A stretch of 41,764 bases of DNA from an uncultured Gammaproteobacteria bacterium (GTDB taxonomy: Bacteria; Patescibacteriota; Microgenomatia; UBA8517): positions 204,358-246,121 of the forward strand of contig CAZWNZ010000001.1 in NCBI GenBank assembly GCA_964635715.1, written 5' to 3'. The position numbers were made by a program, and so were the translations under genes. Of the stretch, positions 25,462 to 33,001 are shown piece by piece; the first letter of the stretch is position 1; each line of letters begins with the position of its first letter. Under the pieces are notes generated by a model. That model saw only the letters and a program-made list of their open reading frames with translations. It was not told the DNA's origin and made no database searches.

Positions 25462-25511
25462 GGGCCCTTAGCTCAATGGTAAGAGAATCTTGCCATTTTT
25501 CTAAGATGCCC
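25462..25511 (+). repeat. hairpin made of the tRNA-Lys 5' end (19 nt, then AAG for AG in the D loop) plus its imperfect inverted copy
   Basis: GGGCCCTTAGCTCAATGGTAAGAG...CCATTTTTCTAAGATGCCC. The 5' arm equals tRNA-Lys positions 1-19. Confidence 0.85.
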
Positions 25512-25527
25512 TTTCACAATAGTTCAA

Positions 25528-25599
25528 GGGCCCTTAGCTCAATGGTAGAGCAATTCCCTTTTAAGGAAGCGGTTCTGGGTTCGAGTCCCAGAGGGCTCA
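25528..25599 (+). tRNA. tRNA-Lys (TTT)
   Basis: Acceptor GGGCCCT/AGGGCTC, anticodon loop CTTTTAA, T arm CTGGG-TTCGAGT-CCCAG. Confidence 0.9.
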
Positions 25600-25641
25600 C
25601 AACGTAAAATTGACCTTTGGTCAATCACGTTGCAAGCCAAG

Positions 25642-25947
25642 ATGTACTTTGTATATCTCTTAGAGAGTTTACAAGACAAAAGTTGGTATATTGGTTATAC
25701 ACCAAACAGTCCAGATATAAGGCTTGAAAAACATAATGCGTCTTTGGTTTATTACACAAAGCGCAAGGTTCCTTGGAGAATAATTTATTACGAAGCGTAT
25801 TTAGAGAGAAGCGATGCTTTAGGAAGGGAAAAATTCCTTAAAAGCGGAGCTGGAAGAAAGTTCTTAACCAGACAGCTAACAAATTATCTTTCCAAAAAAG
25901 GCTCGCCGCGTGCGAGTGAAACGAGTATACGCGGCCCCATCGTCTAG
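25642..25947 (+). CDS. GIY-YIG nuclease family protein
   Basis: YFVYLL...WYIGYT...R..KH...E core. The last 15 nt overlap tRNA-Glu. Confidence 0.8.
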   Translation: MYFVYLLESLQDKSWYIGYTPNSPDIRLEKHNASLVYYTKRKVPWRIIYYEAYLERSDALGREKFLKSGAGRKFLTRQLTNYLSKKGSPRASETSIRGPIV

Positions 25948-26007
25948 TGGTCTAGGACGTCGGGTTTTCATCCCGAAAATTCTTGGGTTCGAATCCCAAT
26001 GGGGTCA
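25933..26007 (+). tRNA. tRNA-Glu (TTC)
   Basis: Acceptor GGCCCCA/TGGGGTC, Glu-type D arm GTCTAGTGGTCTAGGAC, anticodon loop TTTTCAT, T arm TTGGG-TTCGAAT-CCCAA. Confidence 0.85.
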
Positions 26008-26035
26008 CTGCGTCAGAGCACAACCTTTATGTTTC

Positions 26036-26055
26036 GTTTCTGAAGGTTCAGAAAC
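26036..26055. other. perfect 9-bp hairpin downstream of tRNA-Glu
   Basis: GTTTCTGAA-gg-TTCAGAAAC. Confidence 0.4.
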
Positions 26056-26083
26056 TTCACTATTTACGGTTGGCTCCTCCTTT

Positions 26084-26105
26084 CAAAATTGCGTTCGCAA
26101 TTTTG
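26084..26105. other. perfect 10-bp hairpin
   Basis: CAAAATTGCG-tt-CGCAATTTTG. Confidence 0.4.
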
Positions 26106-26301
26106 TACATGACATAACATACAAGTGTGAATAAACTTCAAAGATTATTTTGAGCATATACATAATATTATTAGCTACTGGTGGAGTTGCATTATTGGTC
26201 GGGGATGGGGGTGTGACTCTTTCTCTCACTTTAGTTATTGGGGCCCCACTTGTGACCATCCTTATGTAATTTGGAAAAATAAAACAAAACTTGGTTAAAG
26301 T

Positions 26302-26964
26302 CTATTTTCTTTCTTTTCCTCCTACCCCAAGGAGACGGATAGTGGTTTCCATTTCAATCTCAGAAATTGTTCTCTCGCCGTTAATTTTTATTAATCTACC
26401 CTCAGTCGAAAGCCTTTGTACTACTGGCCAGGTTTTATCATAAAATTCACAAAGCTTTCTTTCTACAGATTCGGGCCTATCTTCATTTCTCGGATTTTGA
26501 CCATTTTCGAGCGCTATTCTTGCTCTTTCTTTCGATCTTTCCTTAGTTATCTCATCAGAGATATGGTAATAAATAAAATTTGAAAAGACATTAAAATTCT
26601 TCGATAGATCCAATTGGACTTCGTCAATGATGTCAACTTGCCTTACAGTTCTCGGAAAACCGGGGAATATAAAAATACTTTTTCCGAGAAATATACCTTC
26701 TTTTGTTTCGGCACTGACAATTTCGGAGATCTCCTTGTCCGGAATATAACCACCAGCCTTAACATCTTCCAGACAATCTTTTAATAGCCCGTGATACTTT
26801 GCATATTTACCTGAATTATTTAGAGCATCGCGGAAAATATCTCCGGTTGGGATAATAAAAATATCATTGCTGGAAAGTTTATTTATTAGTAGACCCATTT
26901 GTGTATCCTTACCGGCTCCGCCCTTACCCAAAAAGAAAATAAATTGAAGAGATTCTTTTCCCAT
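26302..26964 (-). CDS. adk: adenylate kinase family nucleoside-monophosphate kinase
   Basis: P-loop GKGGAGKDTQ, TGDIFRD and GFPRTVRQ. Confidence 0.65.
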   Translation of the reverse strand: MGKESLQFIFFLGKGGAGKDTQMGLLINKLSSNDIFIIPTGDIFRDALNNSGKYAKYHGLLKDCLEDVKAGGYIPDKEISEIVSAETKEGIFLGKSIFIFPGFPRTVRQVDIIDEVQLDLSKNFNVFSNFIYYHISDEITKERSKERARIALENGQNPRNEDRPESVERKLCEFYDKTWPVVQRLSTEGRLIKINGERTISEIEMETTIRLLGVGGKERK

Positions 26965-27008
26965 ACGCGAAATATACTGTCATTATCTGGAATAATCAAG
27001 GTCAAGCA

Positions 27009-27017
27009 TGGTAGAAT
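27009..27017 (+). promoter_or_regulatory. candidate extended -10 (TGgTAGAAT) for tRNA-Gln and its leader
   Basis: TG at 27009-27010 and TAGAAT at 27012-27017. This would place both hairpin copies inside the transcribed leader. Confidence 0.35.
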
Positions 27018-27038
27018 ACGCATGGTTAGAGTAAATAT

Positions 27039-27086
27039 TGGGGAGTCGTCTAATGGTAAGCCAAGCTTGGCCATTAGACTGTTCCC
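27039..27086 (+). repeat. hairpin copy 1 of the tRNA-Gln 5' end plus its inverted copy
   Basis: TGGGGAGTCGTCTAATGGTAAG-CCAAGCTTGG-CCATTAGACTGTTCCC. Confidence 0.85.
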
Positions 27087-27092
27087 ATATAA

Positions 27093-27138
27093 TGGGGAGT
27101 CGTCTAATGGTAAGAAGGATCTTGCCATTTTCCGACTC
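27093..27138 (+). repeat. hairpin copy 2 of the tRNA-Gln 5' end plus its inverted copy
   Basis: TGGGGAGTCGTCTAATGGTAAGAAGGATCTTGCCATTTTCCGACTC. The loop is nearly identical to that of the tRNA-Lys hairpin. Confidence 0.85.
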
Positions 27139-27158
27139 GTTGTTTGTAGATTAAGTAT

Positions 27159-27230
27159 TGGGGAGTCGTCTAATGGTAGGACTCCACCCTTTGGAGGTGG
27201 CTATTCTAGGTTCGAATCCTAGCTCCCCAG
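27159..27230 (+). tRNA. tRNA-Gln (TTG)
   Basis: U1-A72 acceptor TGGGGAG/CTCCCCA, anticodon loop CTTTGGA, T arm CTAGG-TTCGAAT-CCTAG, discriminator G. Confidence 0.9.
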
Positions 27231-27325
27231 CAAGATTGGACACCAAGCGACCGTAAGCTCTAAAAAAGCCCGATTCTGCTTGCTAAGTGTCATTTTATTT
27301 TAGGAAGTTTCGGACCGTACCCTTG

Positions 27326-28648
27326 TTATTCAGCGGTCTTTTTTACTCTCGAAGACACGACCTTTCGGTCGTGAAGATACAACTGTTCGTTGAAAAGCTG
27401 AATTAGTTGACGTTTTCGCTCCACATCTCCGTTACTCAACACATGCCTTGCGTAGTCTCTCACATCCATTGTTTTCTCATCTGGATTGATGTCTTGCCTT
27501 AACAAGACGTCATCCCTGACCTTCTTGTACTCGTTTATTCCTTCCCGAATCTCCGGAGTCAGATTAATGATTTGGGGATGAGCCATATAAGTAAAGTTGA
27601 TAAATCTGAAGAATGCTTTAGCTAATCCTTCCTCGCTAATATAATCTTCCGGACAGTCGTAATCTATTTGCCGACTACAGTGATAATAGACGTGGTACAC
27701 AGGATCTCTAAATTTTCTTTGTCTGTATTTATCTTCGCCGACTAAGTTTGATCCGCATGAGGCACATTTAAATAATCCTTTAAATGTGAATGTTTTACTA
27801 CCCCATTTTGATTTGGGAGGAACATATAACTGTTTTTGAACTTTATCGTATATCTCTTTTGTAATAAGTGGCTGATACGACCCTTTGTACCAATTGCCCC
27901 CACCGATGGGGTATTCAAATTCTCCATAGTAAAAAGGATTTTTCAACATTAGATAAATTTGGCTCAAGCTCACTGCTGATCCCGATCTATTAGTAAAACC
28001 TTTCTCAACTAACCACTTTTTTAAAGTTCTTCCTGAAGTTCCACTATCCGCTACTTTTTGGAATGCTTCAGTGACTATTGGCCCTCGTTCTGGATCGACA
28101 ATCACGTCCTTTATGCCATTAAACGCTCGATTGAAGTATCCAAGTGGTGCCATCCCCGGACGAAAGCCCATCTCACATTTTGCCCGGATTCCTCGCTTTA
28201 CGTTTAACCCCTTTTGGTCATTTTCAAGTTTTGCTTGACTACATAAAATCATGAGGAGAAATTTTTCGTTTGGATTATTTGAAAATACTTGTGAGGGCGT
28301 CCTTATTTGTACCAATTTCCCTTGATCCATTAAATCGACCAACATTCCCAAGTCTCCTGCATTTCGACTCAATCTGTCAGGCGCCCAAGTCAGAACCCCG
28401 GTAAATCTTCCAATGCGAAGATCATTTAGAAGCCCCATGAATACTGGCCTTTGTCCAGATATCTTGGCTGAATGGCTTTCTTTTCTTACTTCCTTAATGA
28501 CAATCCCATCTTTCGTAGCCAAGTCGGTCATTTCTTTGATTTGGGAGTCAATTGACATGGCTTGCCGTTCATCATCTTCGGACGATTTACGCGCGTAAAG
28601 GCAATATTCGATCTTCGGGTTTTCACTATTTGTAGGGGTAGTACCCAT
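27326..28648 (-). CDS. large serine recombinase (integrase)
   Basis: Resolvase catalytic N-terminus YARKSS...SIDSQ, a recombinase domain, and the zinc-ribbon Cys pattern CASCGS...YYHC. Confidence 0.9.
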   Translation of the reverse strand: MGTTPTNSENPKIEYCLYARKSSEDDERQAMSIDSQIKEMTDLATKDGIVIKEVRKESHSAKISGQRPVFMGLLNDLRIGRFTGVLTWAPDRLSRNAGDLGMLVDLMDQGKLVQIRTPSQVFSNNPNEKFLLMILCSQAKLENDQKGLNVKRGIRAKCEMGFRPGMAPLGYFNRAFNGIKDVIVDPERGPIVTEAFQKVADSGTSGRTLKKWLVEKGFTNRSGSAVSLSQIYLMLKNPFYYGEFEYPIGGGNWYKGSYQPLITKEIYDKVQKQLYVPPKSKWGSKTFTFKGLFKCASCGSNLVGEDKYRQRKFRDPVYHVYYHCSRQIDYDCPEDYISEEGLAKAFFRFINFTYMAHPQIINLTPEIREGINEYKKVRDDVLLRQDINPDEKTMDVRDYARHVLSNGDVERKRQLIQLFNEQLYLHDRKVVSSRVKKTAE

Positions 28649-28712
28649 ATCAAGGGTACAAGGTACCGCAAAAACGGTGGAAGTCTAGTCGGAGAATACT
28701 ATAACAATCGAC

Positions 28713-29645
28713 CTACCAGAACCGCCATCCCTTAAGGGCTCGTTCGTACACTCTATACGGTTTTGGACCGACAAAGACCTTATCATCAATAAACACGGTT
28801 GGTGTGCCATATATTCCGGTTAGATTTATGGAGCTGATTTGTTGATCTGCCATTTGTTGAGTATAGCTATTTGAGGTACAAGCCATTATTTTTTGCAAAT
28901 CATAGCCACTATTCCTTACAATCTCTTGTATTTTTTCTTCATTCTCAATATTAGTCAAATTTGGAGCAAATAAATTGTCGTTAAATATCCAAAACCTGTT
29001 GCTATCTTCTTTATTAGCACAAAATACGTATTTGGAAATAAAATCAGTTTTTTCTTTGGCGGGAACATGGATAAACACTAAATTGCTTTTTGTCGCATCA
29101 GCTAATTTTTTTATTAGCGGATATGTTTTTCGAGTATACTCACAAGCATAACAACCCATAAACACGATTTTTTTATCAGCAGTCGGCCTAAGTTGGGGGA
29201 AGATACTAAGATTTAACCCTTTTATGGTAACCGTTTTTTCTGACGTTGTATTTGTCGAGCAGGAATTGTTTATCGTGGTCACTTTGTTATTTGACCCAGC
29301 TGGATCAAATACACAAAATCCGCTTTTATTTAATCCATTGCAGCTTCCATAAAGGTAGAAATTATATCCGCCTTTAATTACGAAGAATGTGCTTCCGATA
29401 GTCAAAATTACAAAAACCCATGAAATGATTTCAAAATGCTTGTTAAAAATCTTTGCAATAACTACCGATCTTGTTAGTAACTTACCTATAATTTTCCCCT
29501 TAATTTTTTCATTAAATCCAGTTGTACAAGGTCTAAAGGTAACTCGCCTTAATACACAATCAAAGGCCTCTTTTGCCAACGCTCGATGAGTGGCACTAAA
29601 GATACCTAATATTGAAAAAACAATAAGTGCAATGATGCATATCAT
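28713..29645 (-). CDS. fusion of a Cys-pair membrane domain with a DsbA/thioredoxin-fold domain
   Basis: N-terminal TM helices carrying CVLRRVTFRPC and CNGLNKSGFC. The C-terminal domain has a CYAC active site and GTPTVFI. Confidence 0.7.
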   Translation of the reverse strand: MICIIALIVFSILGIFSATHRALAKEAFDCVLRRVTFRPCTTGFNEKIKGKIIGKLLTRSVVIAKIFNKHFEIISWVFVILTIGSTFFVIKGGYNFYLYGSCNGLNKSGFCVFDPAGSNNKVTTINNSCSTNTTSEKTVTIKGLNLSIFPQLRPTADKKIVFMGCYACEYTRKTYPLIKKLADATKSNLVFIHVPAKEKTDFISKYVFCANKEDSNRFWIFNDNLFAPNLTNIENEEKIQEIVRNSGYDLQKIMACTSNSYTQQMADQQISSINLTGIYGTPTVFIDDKVFVGPKPYRVYERALKGWRFW

Positions 29646-29649
29646 ATAT

Positions 29650-30852
29650 TTAGCTTAATACTTGTAACACTTTCTTTAAACTCTTAACAAACATTTCTGC
29701 TTCTTCAAGGGTGTTGTAAAAATAGACGGATACTCTGAGTGAGCCTGGAATCTTACGATCTGTAAACCATGAGTGAATACAATGTTGTCCTGAACGAACC
29801 ATAATGCTTGCTGAGGAATCAAGCATAAGTGCGATCTGGTGGTGGTCTTTACCAGGAATATAAAACGAGACAATCCCACCTCTTGCTTTTGGATCAGTCG
29901 GACCAATAATGACAATGTTCGGAATTTTTTGCAGTTCTCCAGTTATGTATTTGTTTAATAGATACTCCTGTTTCTGAATTTCGGCAAATCCTGTTTTTTC
30001 AATAAATGATACCGCCTCGCCCAAGCCAATAATTCCGGCATAATCTTGTAAACCTGCTTCAAATTTTTCCGGAGGTGGTAAGAACTCATGAGAGGTGTAA
30101 GTTGACGAAGCTACAGTATCACCACCAACCATAAAGGGAGACAGTTTTTCTAGTAATTTGTACTTACCGTAGAGAACTCCTGTACCTGAAGGCCCAAGCA
30201 TTTTATGCCCAGAAAAAGCTAAAAAATCAACATCAAGATGAGAAACATTTATTCTTTGATGGGGCGCCGTTTGGGCTGCATCAAGAAGCACTAGGCTTCC
30301 GTATCTGTGGGCGATCTGAATTATTTCTCGAGCTGGTATAGTAACCCCGTCTAGATTTGAAGTAAAACCCATTGATACCAACTTAACTTTCTTGTTCATT
30401 TCCTTTTCGAAAGTCTCTAGATTAAAGGTGTTATCCGGATTTGAAGAAATAATTTTATGAACAATACCTATTTTTTTGACTAACATTTGCCAGGGAATTA
30501 AGTTGGAGTTATGTTCTCTATCGGAAGTAATAACAATGTCACCCTTCCGTAGTCCAAGCGAGTGGGCGATTAGGTTTATTCCTTCGGTGGTGTTACGAGT
30601 AAAAACAATTTCTTCTTTTCGTTTGGCTCCGATAAACTTAGAAATAATAGTTCTGGCTTCATCACACTTCTGGGTTACCTTAGCTGCAAGGGAGTGCATA
30701 CTACGGCCACTACAGGCTGGGTATTCCTGGTAATATTCAGTTACAGCATTGATTACAGATTGGGGACGGAGGCTTTGGCAGGCGTTATCAAAATAGATCC
30801 ATTTATTGTTAGCTAAGATTGAGAAATCTTTCCGTAATTGGTCTATTTTCAT
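29650..30852 (-). CDS. sufS: cysteine desulfurase, SufS-like (class V aminotransferase)
   Basis: PLP lysine in SGHKMLGPSGTG and catalytic Cys in RSGQHCIH. Confidence 0.88.
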   Translation of the reverse strand: MKIDQLRKDFSILANNKWIYFDNACQSLRPQSVINAVTEYYQEYPACSGRSMHSLAAKVTQKCDEARTIISKFIGAKRKEEIVFTRNTTEGINLIAHSLGLRKGDIVITSDREHNSNLIPWQMLVKKIGIVHKIISSNPDNTFNLETFEKEMNKKVKLVSMGFTSNLDGVTIPAREIIQIAHRYGSLVLLDAAQTAPHQRINVSHLDVDFLAFSGHKMLGPSGTGVLYGKYKLLEKLSPFMVGGDTVASSTYTSHEFLPPPEKFEAGLQDYAGIIGLGEAVSFIEKTGFAEIQKQEYLLNKYITGELQKIPNIVIIGPTDPKARGGIVSFYIPGKDHHQIALMLDSSASIMVRSGQHCIHSWFTDRKIPGSLRVSVYFYNTLEEAEMFVKSLKKVLQVLS

Positions 30853-30878
30853 AATCTATTTCAGTGTTCAACAACATA

Positions 30879-31691
30879 TTATTTTAATGCTGCATCTGCT
30901 GCTGATTTCATATCTGTCCAACTGTAGGCTCCCGCAAAGTTAGTCGTGTTTAAATAAAATCCAGGAGTCCCACTCACCCCCAAAGAAGAAGCTATGGCTG
31001 AATCTTCTTTAAGTCGAGAATCATACTTTCCGCTATCAAGGCAACTCTTTAATTCATTCTTGTTAACCGCAGATGCTAAGAAATCAGCTACTTGTTGTGA
31101 TTTGGAAGCATCATTCTTAACTACATCATTGATTAAGGTATAGCCCTCGGCGGACAATAACAGATCGTGTGCTTGCCAGAATTTTCCCTGATCGAAAGCA
31201 CAATAAATAGCTTTCGTCGCCAGTTCGCCGTTTCCATGACCATTAGTATAAAGCCATACAAGATCAGCCTTTCCCTGATCAACAAGTTTTTTCATTTCTG
31301 GTAGTGGAGCAACATAAGTTCCTGATGCAAATTGAGGTCCCATTTTGGCACCAATTTCTTTGTTTACTCCGGAGGCAACATGGCAGTAGGGGCAACTTGG
31401 ATCTGATACCATCACCATCAATAATTTCTTATCACCATTCCCAAATTTAACCACATTCTTAGCAAATAGTCCTTTAATAGTATCGAGTGATATCTGAGGT
31501 TGCGCCGGACGCTGTGCTTGTTGTGCGGTATCAGGCTGAGCTGGTGCATTATTGGCTGTGCCACCTTTTTCCAAAAGTTTGACCTTGCTATACAACGTTC
31601 CACTAAAAAAGGCTAGGCTGATAATTCCAATGAAAAGAAACACGGCAACACCAGTGTTTAAGTTTAATGAAGATTTTTCTTTAGTAATCAT
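30879..31691 (-). CDS. membrane-anchored DsbA-like oxidoreductase (paralogue of 20569..21369)
   Basis: CPYC site. Long identical blocks are shared with the chromosomal copy (SLDTIKGLF, SDPSCPYC, GHGNGE, QGKFW, KSCLDSGKYD). Confidence 0.8.
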   Translation of the reverse strand: MITKEKSSLNLNTGVAVFLFIGIISLAFFSGTLYSKVKLLEKGGTANNAPAQPDTAQQAQRPAQPQISLDTIKGLFAKNVVKFGNGDKKLLMVMVSDPSCPYCHVASGVNKEIGAKMGPQFASGTYVAPLPEMKKLVDQGKADLVWLYTNGHGNGELATKAIYCAFDQGKFWQAHDLLLSAEGYTLINDVVKNDASKSQQVADFLASAVNKNELKSCLDSGKYDSRLKEDSAIASSLGVSGTPGFYLNTTNFAGAYSWTDMKSAADAALK

Positions 31692-31708
31692 AATTATTAT
31701 AATTTATG

Positions 31709-31729
31709 TCTTCTACACATTGTAGAAGA
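31709..31729. promoter_or_regulatory. perfect 9-bp palindrome with a TACA-N3-TGTA core (candidate BlaI/CopY operator)
   Basis: TCTTCTACA-cat-TGTAGAAGA lies just upstream (minus strand) of a TATAAT at 31696-31701 and of the DsbA start codon. Confidence 0.5.
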
Positions 31730-31764
31730 TTAGTTAACATAATGTCAAGAGATTTGTTGAAGAA

Positions 31765-32643
31765 TTACTGACAAATATTGCTGCAAGTGCCCTTATCCAA
31801 ACAGAGCATTGTCGAACTATTTGTTTGGGGATGTATTTCTATACGATTCAATGTGATGTTTACCAAAAACAGCAAAACGCTTAGGCTAATAATCACACTG
31901 CTGTATTTAATTGAAAGCAATCTATTTTTTTTGCCGACCAGGGAACGGATTCTTGGTTCAATACTCAGATCCTCTGAAAAGGCAGTTGCATACATAAAAC
32001 TGGGTTTTGATTCGATAACCTTTCTAAGTGCAGAAATAATGTTGATTCTTCTACCTGTTTCTTCAACCACGACCTTGTCAGCTATAATTTCCTTTTGAAT
32101 TTCTATGCTGTTTACAAAATCTCCAATAATGGGAAAGAAGAAGAAAGCGGTTTTAATAAGATTAAGAAATAGTAATAAAAGATTATCCTTCCCTAATATA
32201 TGTTGCTTTTCGTGAAGAATAATTGCCTCGATCTCAGAATGAGACATGCTCTTAAGAAGTTGGTTTGAAAGGTAGATTTTAGGATTAAGAACGCCTAGGC
32301 AAAAAGCCATAAGTCTAGAATTATCAAAAATGATAATTTTATCTTGTAATAAATATTTTTCTGCTAACGATTTAATAAATTTAGGACGAGGGCAAACAGG
32401 AAAAAGACTATTTTTGAAACGTAATGTCTTGACAGTATTTATTATTAAGTTCCCAAAAGCAAGAACTGCAAGGGAGAACATTATCTTTTGAATAAATGGC
32501 AAAACAAAACTTAAACAACTGTCACAAACAAAAAAATTACTACCAACCAATTGTGGATATATAACGTTCATTAAATAGACAAAATAAAGCAACAGTCCGC
32601 CCAGAATAACTCCATAAATGATGTTTACGTTATTTCTCTTCAT
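31765..32643 (-). CDS. BlaR1-like M56 family membrane metalloprotease without a sensor domain
   Basis: HEKQH zinc motif within a multi-TM protein. The C-terminus reads MLCLDKGTCSNICQ. Overlaps the blaI-like gene by 14 nt. Confidence 0.8.
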   Translation of the reverse strand: MKRNNVNIIYGVILGGLLLYFVYLMNVIYPQLVGSNFFVCDSCLSFVLPFIQKIMFSLAVLAFGNLIINTVKTLRFKNSLFPVCPRPKFIKSLAEKYLLQDKIIIFDNSRLMAFCLGVLNPKIYLSNQLLKSMSHSEIEAIILHEKQHILGKDNLLLLFLNLIKTAFFFFPIIGDFVNSIEIQKEIIADKVVVEETGRRINIISALRKVIESKPSFMYATAFSEDLSIEPRIRSLVGKKNRLLSIKYSSVIISLSVLLFLVNITLNRIEIHPQTNSSTMLCLDKGTCSNICQ

Positions 32644-33001
32644 ACTCTTTAAGCAACTTAGTTATCTCCTCTTTTTTTTCTTTGGGAAGATGTTCAACAC
32701 CTTTGGCAAAGTAGGTGACGGCAAGATCACCAAAAGAACTAACCATTTTGCTCATAAATTGTTTTACCAATTTTTGGCTATATAACTCTTGAGAAATTTT
32801 AGAAGCGTAGCGGACTCTACCGCCAACCTTACTTTTTTTAAGCAGCCCTTTTGTGAATAGTCTTTCAAGAATCGTTGAAACAGTCGTTAATGCAAATTTG
32901 TTGTCTAATTCATCAAGCACTTCTTTTGGCGAACAGTCCTTCCGTTCCCAAATAATTTTCATTACTACTGTTTCTAGTTTTCCTTGTACCAGCGTTGTCA
33001 T
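32630..33001 (-). CDS. BlaI/MecI/CopY family transcriptional repressor
   Basis: Winged-helix N-terminus (VMKIIWE...TTVSTILERLFTKGLL). No C-terminal Cys metal motif. Forms an ATGA overlap with the ATPase stop. Confidence 0.85.
   Translation of the reverse strand: MTTLVQGKLETVVMKIIWERKDCSPKEVLDELDNKFALTTVSTILERLFTKGLLKKSKVGGRVRYASKISQELYSQKLVKQFMSKMVSSFGDLAVTYFAKGVEHLPKEKKEEITKLLKEYEEK

Noticed and set aside
26150-26269. A possible 39-aa hydrophobic peptide (TTG start) in the 293-nt gap after tRNA-Glu, and a 59-aa ORF on the opposite strand.
   Set aside because: No ATG start or RBS supports the plus-strand ORF, and neither ORF has supporting features. Without comparative or expression data they cannot be told apart from chance.
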